In this document: in pieces, positions 9,366-20,949 of the stretch | Layout: the number at the start of each line of letters is the position of its first letter | Position numbering within the stretch: position 1 is the first letter of the stretch | From: a virus | Taxonomy: Duplodnaviria; Caudoviricetes | Virus record (IMG/VR): IMGVR_UViG_3300049023_000063 | Coordinates: 1,175-65,174 of that record | Length of the DNA stretch: 64,000 bases | Strand: one strand, 5' to 3' | Translations under genes and position numbers: made by a program | The notes under the pieces: model-generated | What the model was told of the DNA's origin: nothing | What the model saw: only the letters and a program-made list of their open reading frames with translations | Database searches by the model: none

Positions 9366-10211
9366 TCAGTCGAAGGTGATTTCACCGGTTTCAGGGACTA
9401 CGGTCCCACGCTGTGCCAGGTTCGCCGCAGCAGCGGCCTCTGTGCCGGAGTGATCAACGTTCCCGATTTGGAACTTGCTGCTGCCCGTCGCGTTTTGCGT
9501 TGTGCCGCCCTTCTCGTTGCGCACCCAGTTGCGCCAGACAGCAGACCAGTTGGACTTGCGCCCCTTCGCGCCAGGCTGGGCCGTCCAGTAGTCGTAGAAC
9601 CGCTGAGCAACCTCGGAAGGCCTGAGGTCAGGACGTTCGGTTTTGCAGAAAAGCGTGTCTTCGGCTGTCGGGTGCCAGTCGTCGGGCAAGCGGGAACCGC
9701 GCGCCTCTACACTCTGCTTAGCCACTGGCTTTTGCTTTATCTGGGTTTCTTTCTCTTCTTCTCTACTCTCCTCTTCTCTAGGCGTTTTTTGGTGTGACAT
9801 GGTGTGACATGTTGTGACAGTGGATTCAGGTGGCGTGACTTCACCTGCCGTGGCTTCGCGTGCGCGCTGTTGGCGCTTACGTTCTGCCGCAGTAACATCT
9901 TCACGCTCGCGCTTGGGCTGGCGCTTTTCCCAGGAAACTACGTATCCAGCGGCTATGAGCTTGTTCGACTCCATCGCCTTCATAATCTCGGCGGTGCGCT
10001 CGTCTGGAAAGTTGAAAAGACAATCGAGAGCTTCGGCATTGATTTCACCGAATTTGCCGCGCTCCCCTGCGGCACTGGCTTGTTCCAGCAGGTAAGCCCA
10101 CACAGCCACCACATCCGATAGGCTTGCACCTGATCGCCTGGCGACAGGGAGGAACTTAGGGTCGGTCACGCTGCCGTGGTGCCAGCGAAACCAGTCTATG
10201 CCGTTGCTCAT
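9366..10211 (-). CDS. Phage replication initiator (lambda O-analogue)
   Basis: N-terminal WFRWHHG..DPK, internal iterons and EESREE linker, C-terminal FYDYW...W.AVWRNW domain; upstream of the loader. Confidence 0.85.
   Translation of the reverse strand: MSNGIDWFRWHHGSVTDPKFLPVARRSGASLSDVVAVWAYLLEQASAAGERGKFGEINAEALDCLFNFPDERTAEIMKAMESNKLIAAGYVVSWEKRQPKREREDVTAAERKRQQRAREATAGEVTPPESTVTTCHTMSHQKTPREEESREEEKETQIKQKPVAKQSVEARGSRLPDDWHPTAEDTLFCKTERPDLRPSEVAQRFYDYWTAQPGAKGRKSNWSAVWRNWVRNEKGGTTQNATGSSKFQIGNVDHSGTEAAAAANLAQRGTVVPETGEITFD
9791..9820. repeat. Putative origin iterons, 3 x 10 bp
   Basis: GGTGTGACAT GGTGTGACAT GTTGTGACAG inside the initiator gene, next to a pyrimidine tract. Confidence 0.65.
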
Positions 10212-10222
10212 TGGAGTACGCC

Positions 10223-11155
10223 TCAGGCGGCTTCTTTCACCATGTCGCCCTGCGAAGTCTCCATGGTGCGGTCACGAACGCGCTGTGCGGCGTTCTGGCG
10301 GGCCTGGGCGATATCTTCGAAGGGCTTGAGGAGTGCAGCAAGTGCGTGGGCGGGCACGGTAATCAGCGCGCTCTCGTCCAGTGCGCCGGATTCCATCCGC
10401 ATGCGGTCGGAAAGGTCGATGGCATCAACCAGCTTCTCGGCTGCCTGGATCATCGGGGTGGCGAGGCGTGGGCTGGGCTTCCATGGCTTCATGGTGCCAT
10501 CCGTGGCCTTCTTGCGGCCCTGCGCCTTCGCTTTCTTCACTTCAGCCTGAATGACCGCGCCGGCCTTGGACTGGTGTTGCTTGATGATCTTGATGGCGTT
10601 GGTGACGGAGATTTCACCGTTCTCGACAGCCTTACGCACATCGACGTTTGCATCGATAAGCATCAGGTAGTCCTGAACGTGATCGACCTCTTCGCCTACA
10701 CGGGCGGCAATGCGTTCCTCAGACCAGCCCCAGTTGCGGAGATCGCGGTATTTCTCGGCGCGATAAAGAGGTGTGACGCCCAGGCCACCAGAACTGGTGA
10801 GCGTATGCGCGGCACGTTCATCATCGCCACCACGGAACTGCTGGCAGGCCAACGCACGAACTGGAACGCCGCGATCAATGGCCTGCTGTGCGGCCAAGGC
10901 ACGGTGTTGACCATCGACCACGATGATGCGCCCTTCTTCGACACGCACATCCAACGGCGGGAACTTGGCGCCATTCTCGTAGGCCTTACTCAGTTTCGCT
11001 ACGTGTGCCCAGTTGATCGGGCGGTTTACACCAGGTTCGTCCAACTCGATGCGCTTGGGGTGTACGTCGAAGGCGGTGATCTTGCTGACCTCCTCGTCGT
11101 TCTTGTCTTCCGCCATTACCTTGAGGGATACCGCAGGCTTCATTTCTTTCTCCAA
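10223..11155 (-). CDS. ParB/Srx-domain protein
   Basis: FPPLDV...IVVDGQHRALAA motif followed by an HTH-like region (WSEERIAARVG). Confidence 0.8.
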   Translation of the reverse strand: MEKEMKPAVSLKVMAEDKNDEEVSKITAFDVHPKRIELDEPGVNRPINWAHVAKLSKAYENGAKFPPLDVRVEEGRIIVVDGQHRALAAQQAIDRGVPVRALACQQFRGGDDERAAHTLTSSGGLGVTPLYRAEKYRDLRNWGWSEERIAARVGEEVDHVQDYLMLIDANVDVRKAVENGEISVTNAIKIIKQHQSKAGAVIQAEVKKAKAQGRKKATDGTMKPWKPSPRLATPMIQAAEKLVDAIDLSDRMRMESGALDESALITVPAHALAALLKPFEDIAQARQNAAQRVRDRTMETSQGDMVKEAA

Positions 11156-11219
11156 TTAATTTTGATCTTGTAGTTCGCGTTTTATCACTGATCTTTAAAA
11201 CGTGCAGTGGTCGTGAGGC

Positions 11220-11618
11220 TTATGCTTGATCGTCAAGTTTCCCAACGCGCTCGAAATGGAAAATGACTGGGCTGCCAGTGGCTGCAACTAGGCTGAACCG
11301 GAGCGCATGGCGCCACGCGGAGCTGTAGCGCTGCAGGGATGCGACTGATCCCGATAACTTCGTGCGCCACTGTTCCAACGTCATTGAGGTCTTATCGAGA
11401 TTGCACGGTGCGCATGACGGAAACATGTTCTCGACGCGGTCTCGGTCTAAGTGCAACATCCCGTGCGGGTTCTCTGCTGTTTTTGGTGCATAGTCGCGGA
11501 GAACCGGCTCCTTGTGGTCGGAGTGCCAGCGCTCACCGAGTGGCTGGCCGCAATAGGCACATAAGCCATCGAACATTGCGCGCAACGTCGCGCGTTGGGC
11601 CTTGGTGAGCTTTGCCAT
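11220..11618 (-). CDS. HNH endonuclease
   Basis: CAYCG...HSDHKEP...NMFPSCAPCNLDK. Start moved to MAKLTKAQR. Confidence 0.9.
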   Translation of the reverse strand: MAKLTKAQRATLRAMFDGLCAYCGQPLGERWHSDHKEPVLRDYAPKTAENPHGMLHLDRDRVENMFPSCAPCNLDKTSMTLEQWRTKLSGSVASLQRYSSAWRHALRFSLVAATGSPVIFHFERVGKLDDQA

Positions 11619-12135
11619 CACGCACCTCCGTTGCCGTGGCGGCGCTGGTAGTCCCACGAATAGGCATTCAGCAATGCGATGGCACCGTAAATAACGGATA
11701 ACTCAGGACGCCACGCAGCGGAAACATTCCAGATAGCCGATACGCCCCATAGCGCCGCGCAAAATGGATCGCCGGGAACAAAGAAAATCCAAATCTTGCG
11801 CATCATGCCGACTCCTTTGCCTGATCTTCTTCCAGGCACTGGATCATCCAGTTGATCCATGCGACACGACCCTGCTTAACGCCTTTATTCCATTGGCTAG
11901 CGGTAGTTGCGCCCCAATACACGGATGGGTGGACCTCCATAACCCACGTGGCATAAAAACTATTCCCTTGTAGGGCATTGGCTATATACGAACAGAGTGA
12001 GCGCATTGCCTCAAATTTATATTCTCGTTCGTGATTAACGGAATGTGAATTGCATGCCAAACAAAGCGCGCCACAAATACCTGCGTGCGCTCCAACTGAG
12101 GTTCCCTCGGGTTTTCACCTTCCAACGATCCGACT

Positions 12136-13026
12136 TTATGCTGCCTGCTGATTCAATCGTTGCGAAACCCTCCAGCGCTCAAGAAACGCGATGGGTGAAC
12201 GGTAACCCAAGGATGAATGCTGGCGTTGGCGATTATAAAAGACTTCAATGTATTCAAAGCTGGCTGTTTTCATTTCCTCCAGTGTCGTGTACTTCACGCC
12301 ATGAACGCGCTCGTTCTTGAAACTGTTGAACCAGCTCTCTGTCGGGGCGTTGTCCCAGCAGTTGCCTTTGCGGCTCATCGAGCAACGCATGCCATACTCC
12401 GCCAGCTTGTCCTGAAACGCATTGCTGGCGTATTGGCTGCCGCGATCCGAATGATGCAGCAAGCCCGGCTCTGGCCTTCTGCGGAACCACGCCATGGTCA
12501 GGGCGTCGGTGACGATGTCGGAAGTCATGCGTGGCTTGAGCGACCAGCCGACGACTTCACGGTTGAACAGGTCGAGCACGATCGCCAGGTACAGCCAACC
12601 CTCGTCAGTCCAGAGGTAGGTAATGTCGGACGTCCAGACTTGATTGGGCGCCTCTGGCGTGAATTTGCGATCAAGCAGGTTCTCTGCCACCGGCAGTCGA
12701 TGGCGCGAGTCCGTCGTCGCCTTAAAGCGGCGCTTATGCCGAGCACGAATGCTGTTCTCGCGCATCAGGCGCTCCGTACGTTCTTTGCCTGCAGTGAAGC
12801 CACGCATGCGAAGTTCACGCATCATCCGAGGACTTCCATAGGCACCTTTCAGCTCGGCGTGAATGGCGCGCATTACGGTGACCATTTGTTCATCCGTCAG
12901 TCGCTTCCGATCAGGCGTACCGCCGCGCTTCCAGGCACGGTAGCCGCTCACGCTGACGTTTACCAGGGCACACAGTTCTCGCAACGGCGCTTCGGTCAGG
13001 ACACTGTCGATCCAGGCGTACTTCAC
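12136..13026 (-). CDS. IS3 transposase OrfB (DDE integrase core)
   Basis: WTSDITYL...HSDRGSQY...CWDNAPTESWF. Confidence 0.97.
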   Translation of the reverse strand: MKYAWIDSVLTEAPLRELCALVNVSVSGYRAWKRGGTPDRKRLTDEQMVTVMRAIHAELKGAYGSPRMMRELRMRGFTAGKERTERLMRENSIRARHKRRFKATTDSRHRLPVAENLLDRKFTPEAPNQVWTSDITYLWTDEGWLYLAIVLDLFNREVVGWSLKPRMTSDIVTDALTMAWFRRRPEPGLLHHSDRGSQYASNAFQDKLAEYGMRCSMSRKGNCWDNAPTESWFNSFKNERVHGVKYTTLEEMKTASFEYIEVFYNRQRQHSSLGYRSPIAFLERWRVSQRLNQQAA

Positions 13027-13313
13027 AGAATTTCCCGCGCGAAGTACGCCGCCGCTTTTTTTAACAGGGCGTTCTCCCGTTCCAACCGGGCCACCTCGGC
13101 GCGCATCCGGGACAGTTCCATTTGTTCCGGCGTGACGGCCTTCCCAGCGACTTTCAACTCGCCCTTGGCCGCTGCCTTAACCCAGTTGCGCAACGTCTGG
13201 TCGCTGATGCCCAACGCTTTGGCGGCGGCAGGCACCGACTGCCCCTCCTGGACGCGCTTAACGGCCAGCTCCTTAAACTCCGTCGTGAACGCCTGCTTCG
13301 GTATCTTTTTCAT
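13023..13313 (-). CDS. IS3 transposase OrfA (HTH)
   Basis: FTTEFKELAVKRV...TLRNWV...LLKKAAAYFA; AAAAAAA slippery run near 13057-13063. Confidence 0.95.
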   Translation of the reverse strand: MKKIPKQAFTTEFKELAVKRVQEGQSVPAAAKALGISDQTLRNWVKAAAKGELKVAGKAVTPEQMELSRMRAEVARLERENALLKKAAAYFAREIL

Positions 13314-13440
13314 GCTTTATCTTCCTTTGGTAACGGTAATTTTACGTCACCGTTGGAAGACGAAATTTCGGGGGAACCTCAAACTTCTTTCCTCGCATAC
13401 TTCAACATGTCAATCTTGACTTGACGCAGTTCTTTGTTGT

Positions 13441-14220
13441 TCACGCCGCCTCCTTCAGCCTATCAGCAGGCTTGCCAAACAGAGCATTGATGAATGGGTC
13501 ACCAGACTTGCGCTTGGTGCGGATTGCCTGGCGGCTGGCGGCGCGCCGGCGGTAATCCTCCAACTCGCCGTTCTTGTGGAGCTTTTTCAGGTAGCGCTCG
13601 AAGATTTCACGCTTGGTGAAGTTCTCGATCTTGCAGGTCGCATCCTTGTGCTTGCCCGCCTTGAATACCGCCACCGCACCACCAGTTCCATTGCGCTTCC
13701 ATTTGGTAATGTAGCAACGGCCTTCCTTGCGTAGTTGCTGGATGGCTACGCATACCGAAGACTGGGATAGTCCAGTTTTCCTGCGGATCTCCGATTGGAT
13801 GGCCGGCATGGCGCCAAGGATCACATGCGGCAACAGGATCTTGTGCGCTTCCTTGAATTCTTCGGGCAGGATGCTTACGATGGACCTGGGGTTAGGTTTG
13901 ACCCAGAATTCATAGGGCGATGTGTTTCGCGGCACTTCACCCTCGACTCGAACCAGCTTGACCATGTGGCAGATACCCTCCTCGATCCCACGCTTCAGGA
14001 TGCGCTGGATGGTCTTGGTGGGCAGCTTGAATTGTTCGCTCAGCCGCGATGGGCTGGAAGGCAGGGCCGCCAATACCCTACGGCGGAAGCCGTTGCTTTC
14101 ATGGCGGCATGCCGGCGAACAGTATTTGCGGAAGCCTTGCTCCAGCTTGCACTGGTGGGCGGGGAATGTCTTTCCACAGGTCTGACATTCGACATTGAGG
14201 GGTTTGCGGCGCTCAGGCAT
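13441..14220 (-). CDS. Zn-ribbon plus HTH-type hypothetical protein (259 aa)
   Basis: CQTCGK...YCSPACR and IRRKTGLSQSSVCVAIQQL segments. Confidence 0.6.
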   Translation of the reverse strand: MPERRKPLNVECQTCGKTFPAHQCKLEQGFRKYCSPACRHESNGFRRRVLAALPSSPSRLSEQFKLPTKTIQRILKRGIEEGICHMVKLVRVEGEVPRNTSPYEFWVKPNPRSIVSILPEEFKEAHKILLPHVILGAMPAIQSEIRRKTGLSQSSVCVAIQQLRKEGRCYITKWKRNGTGGAVAVFKAGKHKDATCKIENFTKREIFERYLKKLHKNGELEDYRRRAASRQAIRTKRKSGDPFINALFGKPADRLKEAA

Positions 14221-14854
14221 ATTTCTTCTCCAGGCGTTTAATCTTGCGGCGCATGATGTTTGAGAGTCGGATTAGCCACTCGGCGTCGTACTTGCGCACT
14301 CGGTCGTGACACTTCAACCAATCCAGTCGCTCCGAACCAATTTTCAACAGCAGGCGCTTTTCGTATTCAGCGATGTTTCCCGACTTGAATAGGTTGCATT
14401 GCTCGCAGCTCTTGTGGATGTTCCACAGGTTGAAGCGGAGAGCTGAATTGCTGCCGACGCTCTTGAAGTGCGAGGCATGCCAGATTCCGTCATAGTGGGA
14501 TGGCATGTGGCAGGAGATGCAGCCGTCACTCCGGTCGCGCAGGACGACGTAGCGGTTCACCAGCTTTTCAGTTGCCTTCAGGCGCTTCTTGATTGGCATA
14601 TCCAACTCTTTGCGGCGGCGGATCTCCTGTCGCTCTGCTTTTTCCTGCTTGGCGCGCTGCTTGGCAGCTACACGGTTGGCAACCTCCTCTGCGCACTCCG
14701 GTTTGCAGGCCTTATGGGTCATGGAGCGTGGAATGAATGGCTCGCGGCAGATTGCACATTTACGCTTTCGCGGTCCAGCCGGAGGCTTAGGCTCTGCCGG
14801 CTTGAACTCTGTACGTCTCATTGGGGTCTTGCGCTTGATTTCAGTTTGCTTCAT
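14213..14854 (-). CDS. ninG: NinG/Rap-like recombination endonuclease
   Basis: VNRYVVLRD..DGCISC...HASHFKSVG....LRFNLWNIHKSCEQCN. Confidence 0.92.
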   Translation of the reverse strand: MKQTEIKRKTPMRRTEFKPAEPKPPAGPRKRKCAICREPFIPRSMTHKACKPECAEEVANRVAAKQRAKQEKAERQEIRRRKELDMPIKKRLKATEKLVNRYVVLRDRSDGCISCHMPSHYDGIWHASHFKSVGSNSALRFNLWNIHKSCEQCNLFKSGNIAEYEKRLLLKIGSERLDWLKCHDRVRKYDAEWLIRLSNIMRRKIKRLEKKYA

Positions 14855-16248
14855 GCGCAATCCTCAAACAGGGAACCCTGTGCTGAATTGGGACTGACGA
14901 CGACATCCAGGTGTGCTTTAGATCGTTCGTACTTAATACGCGCAGCGGCGATGCCAACGTACTCCGGTGTCATATCGACTCCGACGAAGCGTAGACCTTC
15001 CCGCATGACCGCCTTGCCTGTGCTGCCAGAGCCCATGAAGGGATCTAGGACGAGCCCGCCGGGTGGCGTCACCAGCCGCACCAGATAGCACATCAGCTCG
15101 GTGGGCTTAACGGTCGGGTGAGTGTTACCTTCGCCACGGTCGGATTTGCTGGCCTTGGCGCAGTAGAAGAAGCGGGCGCCGCTGCCGGTGTCGCCACGCG
15201 GCTCGTACTCTTTGCCGTTGTCGCTCAGCTCACCATAGGTATTCGCTCGCGTGCGCTGGCTGTCGCTGCTTCTCCCCTGCTGCCCTTTGGCGTCCGGGAA
15301 TGCGGCGCATACTTCGTCGCTACCGTCGTGGATCAGGTTAGCTGGCCAGCGGCCTGTCCGCTCCGAATGGTCGAGCTTTTCACGCTGATCGACGGTACGA
15401 CCGCTTTGTTCTGCTGATGTTTCGCCTGGCCGTTTCGGGAAAGCCCCGTTGACGCCACGAGAATGCGTTGAGATGGTTTCCGTACCGACCCGGCACCCGT
15501 CAATATTCAGCGCCCCCGTGCCGAACTCCAGAACGTTCGCCGCTACAGTGCCAACCAGCGGTTTGCGCGCCACGCAGATAGGCTCATGCGCCGGTTTCAG
15601 CGCGGTGCCCCAGCCTTCCCACTGGCGGGCGGCGCCGGTGGCAGGGGCGGTGATGTCCCGCGAGCCGTCACCCATGATCGCAACGGTGCCACCACCTGTA
15701 CCGATGCCGGTCGTGCGCTGGCCGATGACCGCGCGCTCGATTTCGCCCCACTGTTCCGGTGAGAGAACGGCCTTAAACTCGCTCCACCACTTGTCGCCTG
15801 GCGCGTGCTCGGCCTTCGTCCAGTCGTGCAGGTTGTTACCGGGAATAGTGAGGCCCAGTTCAACGGCGGCCAGAACATAATCACGGCGGCGTGTCTTGTC
15901 GATTGCCTTGCTCACGTCCAGCGACTTCGGGAAGCCCGATCCGTACACCCACATGATCTGGTCGCGGATCTCGAAGCCAGCATCCTCGATCGCGCAGGTC
16001 ATGCGGTGGTAGGTGCGGCTGCCGCTGAATGCCAGCAGGTGGCCGCCTGGTTTCAGAACGCGCAGCGCCTCGCGCCACATATCGACGTTGTAGGCGATGC
16101 CGCTGGCGTCCCAACTCTTGCCCATGAAGCCGAGTTCGTATGGTGGATCGGTGACGATGCTGTCAACGCTGGAGTCGGTCATGCTGCTCATCACTTCCAG
16201 GCAATCCCCAATATAGAGTGTTGCGTCTCCGATGATGACTGGATTCAC
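14851..16248 (-). CDS. Beta-class N4-cytosine/N6-adenine DNA methyltransferase
   Basis: DPPY catalytic motif near the N-terminus; LDPFMGSGSTG SAM-binding motif near the C-terminus; HPTVKP. Start moved to the GTG at 16248. Confidence 0.93.
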   Translation of the reverse strand: MNPVIIGDATLYIGDCLEVMSSMTDSSVDSIVTDPPYELGFMGKSWDASGIAYNVDMWREALRVLKPGGHLLAFSGSRTYHRMTCAIEDAGFEIRDQIMWVYGSGFPKSLDVSKAIDKTRRRDYVLAAVELGLTIPGNNLHDWTKAEHAPGDKWWSEFKAVLSPEQWGEIERAVIGQRTTGIGTGGGTVAIMGDGSRDITAPATGAARQWEGWGTALKPAHEPICVARKPLVGTVAANVLEFGTGALNIDGCRVGTETISTHSRGVNGAFPKRPGETSAEQSGRTVDQREKLDHSERTGRWPANLIHDGSDEVCAAFPDAKGQQGRSSDSQRTRANTYGELSDNGKEYEPRGDTGSGARFFYCAKASKSDRGEGNTHPTVKPTELMCYLVRLVTPPGGLVLDPFMGSGSTGKAVMREGLRFVGVDMTPEYVGIAAARIKYERSKAHLDVVVSPNSAQGSLFEDCA

Positions 16249-16707
16249 ACCGCACCTCCCTGGCAGCACTTGCACCGCCAGCCGTCCGGCGTCAACTTCC
16301 TTCCAGCTATTGCCTTGCCCTTATTGCACCCTCTGCACCAGAATGTGTTAGAGGGTGGTTGCTTTGGCTTTTTGCCGTAGTCGTAGGATTGGTGGCGGTA
16401 GGTCATTGGAGTCGCTCCGCATCAAGTTCAGCGCGGCGTGCGCGCATTTTTGATAAAGCTTCAGCCAATTCTTCCGGTGATTTCGAAAGCCACCTTTTCC
16501 GCGCCTCCGTTATAACTTCATCGATATCTCTGCCGACATAAAATCGGGCACCAGTCTCAACGTGAGTGGCCGCGAAAAGCTTAGTTGGATCTTGAAGTTG
16601 CTCCCACGCTTGCGTTGGATGTACCGCAAAAACATCTTTGTGACCAGAAATAATGAATTCCTCGCCAATCACAATCACATCGCTAAGATCACCAGAAATT
16701 CGAACTC

Positions 16708-17007
16708 TCATACAACCCCCAATGGCCGCGTAAGCCGATCAACCAGGGCTTCGTAGACCTGCAGTGCATCATCGGATGATGGGTTTGGTTTCTTGCGCAG
16801 ATGTTCAGGACGAACGATTGCGCGAATGTCGCCGCTGGCGGTGATGCCGTAACCGTCGATTTCAACCGGGCGCGTTACGCCGTTGATGCGGAAGACCTCG
16901 CCTTTCTTGACGATGCGGACAATGGTGCATTCCTCGCCGTTGAGGCCTTTGTGGCGGTCGGGCATGTTTTGGAGGATGGCGATTTCGCCGATCTCGAAGG
17001 TAGTCAT
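16708..17007 (-). CDS. Small hypothetical protein, paralog of 18858..19157
   Basis: F.IGE...GEEC.I and C-terminal YEALVDRLT. Confidence 0.6.
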   Translation of the reverse strand: MTTFEIGEIAILQNMPDRHKGLNGEECTIVRIVKKGEVFRINGVTRPVEIDGYGITASGDIRAIVRPEHLRKKPNPSSDDALQVYEALVDRLTRPLGVV

Positions 17008-17341
17008 GAGATCGACCTCATTGCCACAAGAATCAACACTAAGATATAAAGCGCAATCGTTGTAACCTGCGCCGGAACTGACATTCCATCAAAGTCTTCG
17101 GTGTAGCTAAACAATGAAGCGCCAAGAATGATAATGAAAAGTAGTGTCACACCACACCTCCAAACACCAAGGCTACAGCAGCAATGAGGAACATGCTCAT
17201 GATGGAATAACTCTTCCATGACCTCATGGTGCGACGGTGGGGCCAGAAGCAGAAGAAACTGATGGCGAGCATGGTGAGGACGAAGAATTGTGCGAATGTC
17301 ATAGGACGGCCCGTTTAAGATCGAAATATCTTGAGGTCGAA

Positions 17342-17695
17342 TTAGTCCTCGACGCGGCGCCAACCTTCTGGAGAATATTCGCGCTGCCGGCGAATCTCAA
17401 AGATGCCGGTTGGGATCTTGATCGTTTCGTGCGTGTCATAGCTGCGCAGGTGTTCCAGTAGCGTTTCAGTGGCATCCGTCGCTTCGATCACTTCCAGGTA
17501 GGAGACCATGGGATCGCCGGTTGTGTAGAGGTTTACGCCAGGTCGATCAGCTATGACATGGTTATGCCCGGTTTCACTGTGGGCGACGATAAATACGCCC
17601 TTTTCGGCTTCGACTTTCTTTGCTGCGGATGGCAGTTCCTTGATGCGGATGATCATCAGATCACCTTGTGCCGCCTGGTCTTTGAACGTTTTCAT
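17342..17695 (-). CDS. His-rich cupin-like small protein (117 aa)
   Basis: QGDLMII...HSETGHNH...H...HETIKIPTGIFEIRRQREY motif. Confidence 0.7.
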   Translation of the reverse strand: MKTFKDQAAQGDLMIIRIKELPSAAKKVEAEKGVFIVAHSETGHNHVIADRPGVNLYTTGDPMVSYLEVIEATDATETLLEHLRSYDTHETIKIPTGIFEIRRQREYSPEGWRRVED

Positions 17696-17713
17696 GAAAA
17701 ATCCTTTCAGTGG

Positions 17714-18835
<1,122 letters not shown>

Positions 18836-18857
18836 ATCTATCTCCGTTTTATTTTTG

Positions 18858-19157
18858 TCACGCGGGCGCGCGCTCGGTCAGGCGCTCGATCAGCGCGTTG
18901 TACTCCAGCTTTGCTGGGTCGTCACCCTTGCTGCGCAACTCGTGGCGCTGGCAAGCCAAGACGGAACCATCTTTGGTCTGCACGATGTGGAAGTAGCGCA
19001 GGCGGAAGCCGTTGGGTGCAGCAGGGTCATCGAACATCTGGTGGCGGTGGATGGCGATTACCTGAACGTCCTCGCCGTCATGGTCGAGGGCTGGCTCGTT
19101 GCTGCATTCCAGGTCGTTGATGATGGTGACGATATCACCGATGCGGAGCGGTTTCAT
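18858..19157 (-). CDS. Small hypothetical protein, paralog of 16708..17007
   Basis: LRIGD...GEDV.V and C-terminal YNALIERLT; ATGA overlap with the upstream gene. Confidence 0.6.
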   Translation of the reverse strand: MKPLRIGDIVTIINDLECSNEPALDHDGEDVQVIAIHRHQMFDDPAAPNGFRLRYFHIVQTKDGSVLACQRHELRSKGDDPAKLEYNALIERLTERAPA

Positions 19158-20631
19158 GCTGCTTCTCCCCGCTCCCATTTCAGGACACGCAGATGCGTTG
19201 CTTTAAGCTTCTCGATGGCGGCAAGGCGCGCATCCGAATCTCCAGCCGCGATCAGGAGTTGATCAAGAGCGCCATAGATATCGCCGGTATATTCGGTGCG
19301 GCATGTGCCGGAACGCACAACCATTTTCACTGGCGCTGTTGGTTTTCGAGTACTCATGCCGCTACTCCCTGTGGTGCAAAGAAAAGTGCTTCCAGTAGCG
19401 TTGGGTTAGGACGTTGCGGCTCCCAACGATGGATGGTGATCTGCAGGGGTTCGCTCGGATCGTCTTCGTCGCCGTATGGGCACGGGCCGGCGGCGTAGAC
19501 GCGGCCAAGGGCGTGATCGGCAGTGAAGGGTTGGACCTTGTGAACCAGGCCTTCACGCGCCATCGGGCGAAGGTAAGACAGGAGGGTTTTTTCGTCGGCG
19601 GCGAATTCATCAACCAGAGCTGACAGGGTTACTTGGCCGCACATTTTGATGTAGCCGACGATGGCCGTGCGAAGAATCTCGCCTCGCTCGATGGAAACGT
19701 GGTTCACGATTGCACCTCGCGGCGCATGACCTCAACCAAGTAGTGACGCAGGCGCTTATGCTGGCTGGCGCAGATGGTGCGCTGCTCCGGCGTGCTGGCG
19801 TTCACGATCCAGTGTTCCAGCAAACCGAGTTGGCGCAAGCAGCGGCGAACGTGTTGAATGGATGGTTGTTTGGCGCCCATAGTGGATTGATGGGCTATGC
19901 GCAGGTAGCTCATGATGCGTCCTTTGCGTGTTGGGAATTCAGTAGGTGACGCGCTTGCGGGCCAACTCGTACACGACCAGCGCCAGCAGGCTCACGATGG
20001 GGGCAATCGGCGCGCCGCTGTAGTACAGACCAACCGCGATCAGGATTTCGGCGAACAGGCGGTATGTGGTGAAGAGCATGGTGCGCGGCTCGACCCAAGC
20101 GCTGGTCATGATGAACGCTACGTAGATGATGCCGAAGCTGCGCAGGATGGAAACTACAGGGAACGCCATGCGTGTGATTTCGTCGGTGCCTTGCGCCAGG
20201 ATGAATAATCCTGCGAGGCCCAAATACATTACAGTCCAGTGAATCCAGTCAGGCAATGCTTTCATGATGGGCCTCGCAGTGTGAATTGGTGGCCGCCGAA
20301 GCGGCCTGGTTGATGCTGTCTCTTTCAATCGGGCTTGCTGCTACTTTCGAGAAGCATGTCTGCAGCTTCCCGTAGTTCGCGGCGCGTGCGGTATTCCATC
20401 GTTGCGGCGTAACGGTCTTGCTTGTTTGCCGCCGCTTTTCTATCCCACTCGCGCCATTCACGTACCAAGTGCAGCACCCGCGCCTCTAGAGGGACTGGCG
20501 TATGCCTTTTTTCCCCCGAATCTCCTTCCGGCTGCATGGGAGTGATCCTTGGTTCATGGGCGATCCGCTATGCGGTTTCCTTTGTTGCGACACCGTTTCC
20601 ATTACTGGCCGGTGCTTCCATTTCTTCCGCA

Positions 20632-20880
20632 TCAAAGCCGTAGGTGAATCGGCGCGCTGCCGAAGTTCACCCTGTCACACGCTGCAGGTTGGGCCTGAAC
20701 TAGGGCCATGCTGGTACTATGACCAGCCAGCCCTGCCGCCCTATCATTCGTCCATTGAATTGCTAATGAACGAAGGAGGCTGCTGTGCGACATTCCAAAG
20801 TCCTTGCATCGGTTACTGAACGCGACGAAAGAGTCGGCGTCCAAGTAGACCTTCACAGGGATGTTGCGTGCATCTGCCAT
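20632..20880 (-). CDS. CII-position small DNA-binding protein (RHH-like)
   Basis: Directly after cro; PVKVYLD....AF...C...GMSHSSLLR pattern. Confidence 0.45.
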   Translation of the reverse strand: MADARNIPVKVYLDADSFVAFSNRCKDFGMSHSSLLRSLAIQWTNDRAAGLAGHSTSMALVQAQPAACDRVNFGSAPIHLRL

Positions 20881-20949
20881 TCTTTTTCTCTCCCGTTAAA
20901 TCGTGCTGCTGGACTTCTACTCCCGGTGCTTCTACTGCGCTTACAACTT

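Larger units (their letters stand above)
12097..13381 (-). mobile_element. IS3-family insertion sequence (1285 bp)
   Basis: TG...CA ends; imperfect ~31-bp terminal IRs beginning TGAGGTTCCC; 3-bp AAC target duplication at 12094-12096 and 13382-13384; orfA/orfB with an A7 frameshift window. Confidence 0.95.
11803..13444 (-). pseudogene. 117-aa phage gene interrupted by the IS3 element
   Basis: Removing the IS and one AAC duplicate joins MNNKELRQVKIDMLKYARKEV (13444-13382) in frame to GAHAGICGALCLACNSHS... (12093-11803). The GTG start overlaps the upstream TGA. Confidence 0.8.

Noticed and set aside
10211-11173. 320-aa plus-strand ORF
   Set aside because: Antisense to the ParB-like gene; no motifs.
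12217-13419. 400-aa plus-strand ORF
   Set aside because: Antisense to the IS3 transposase.
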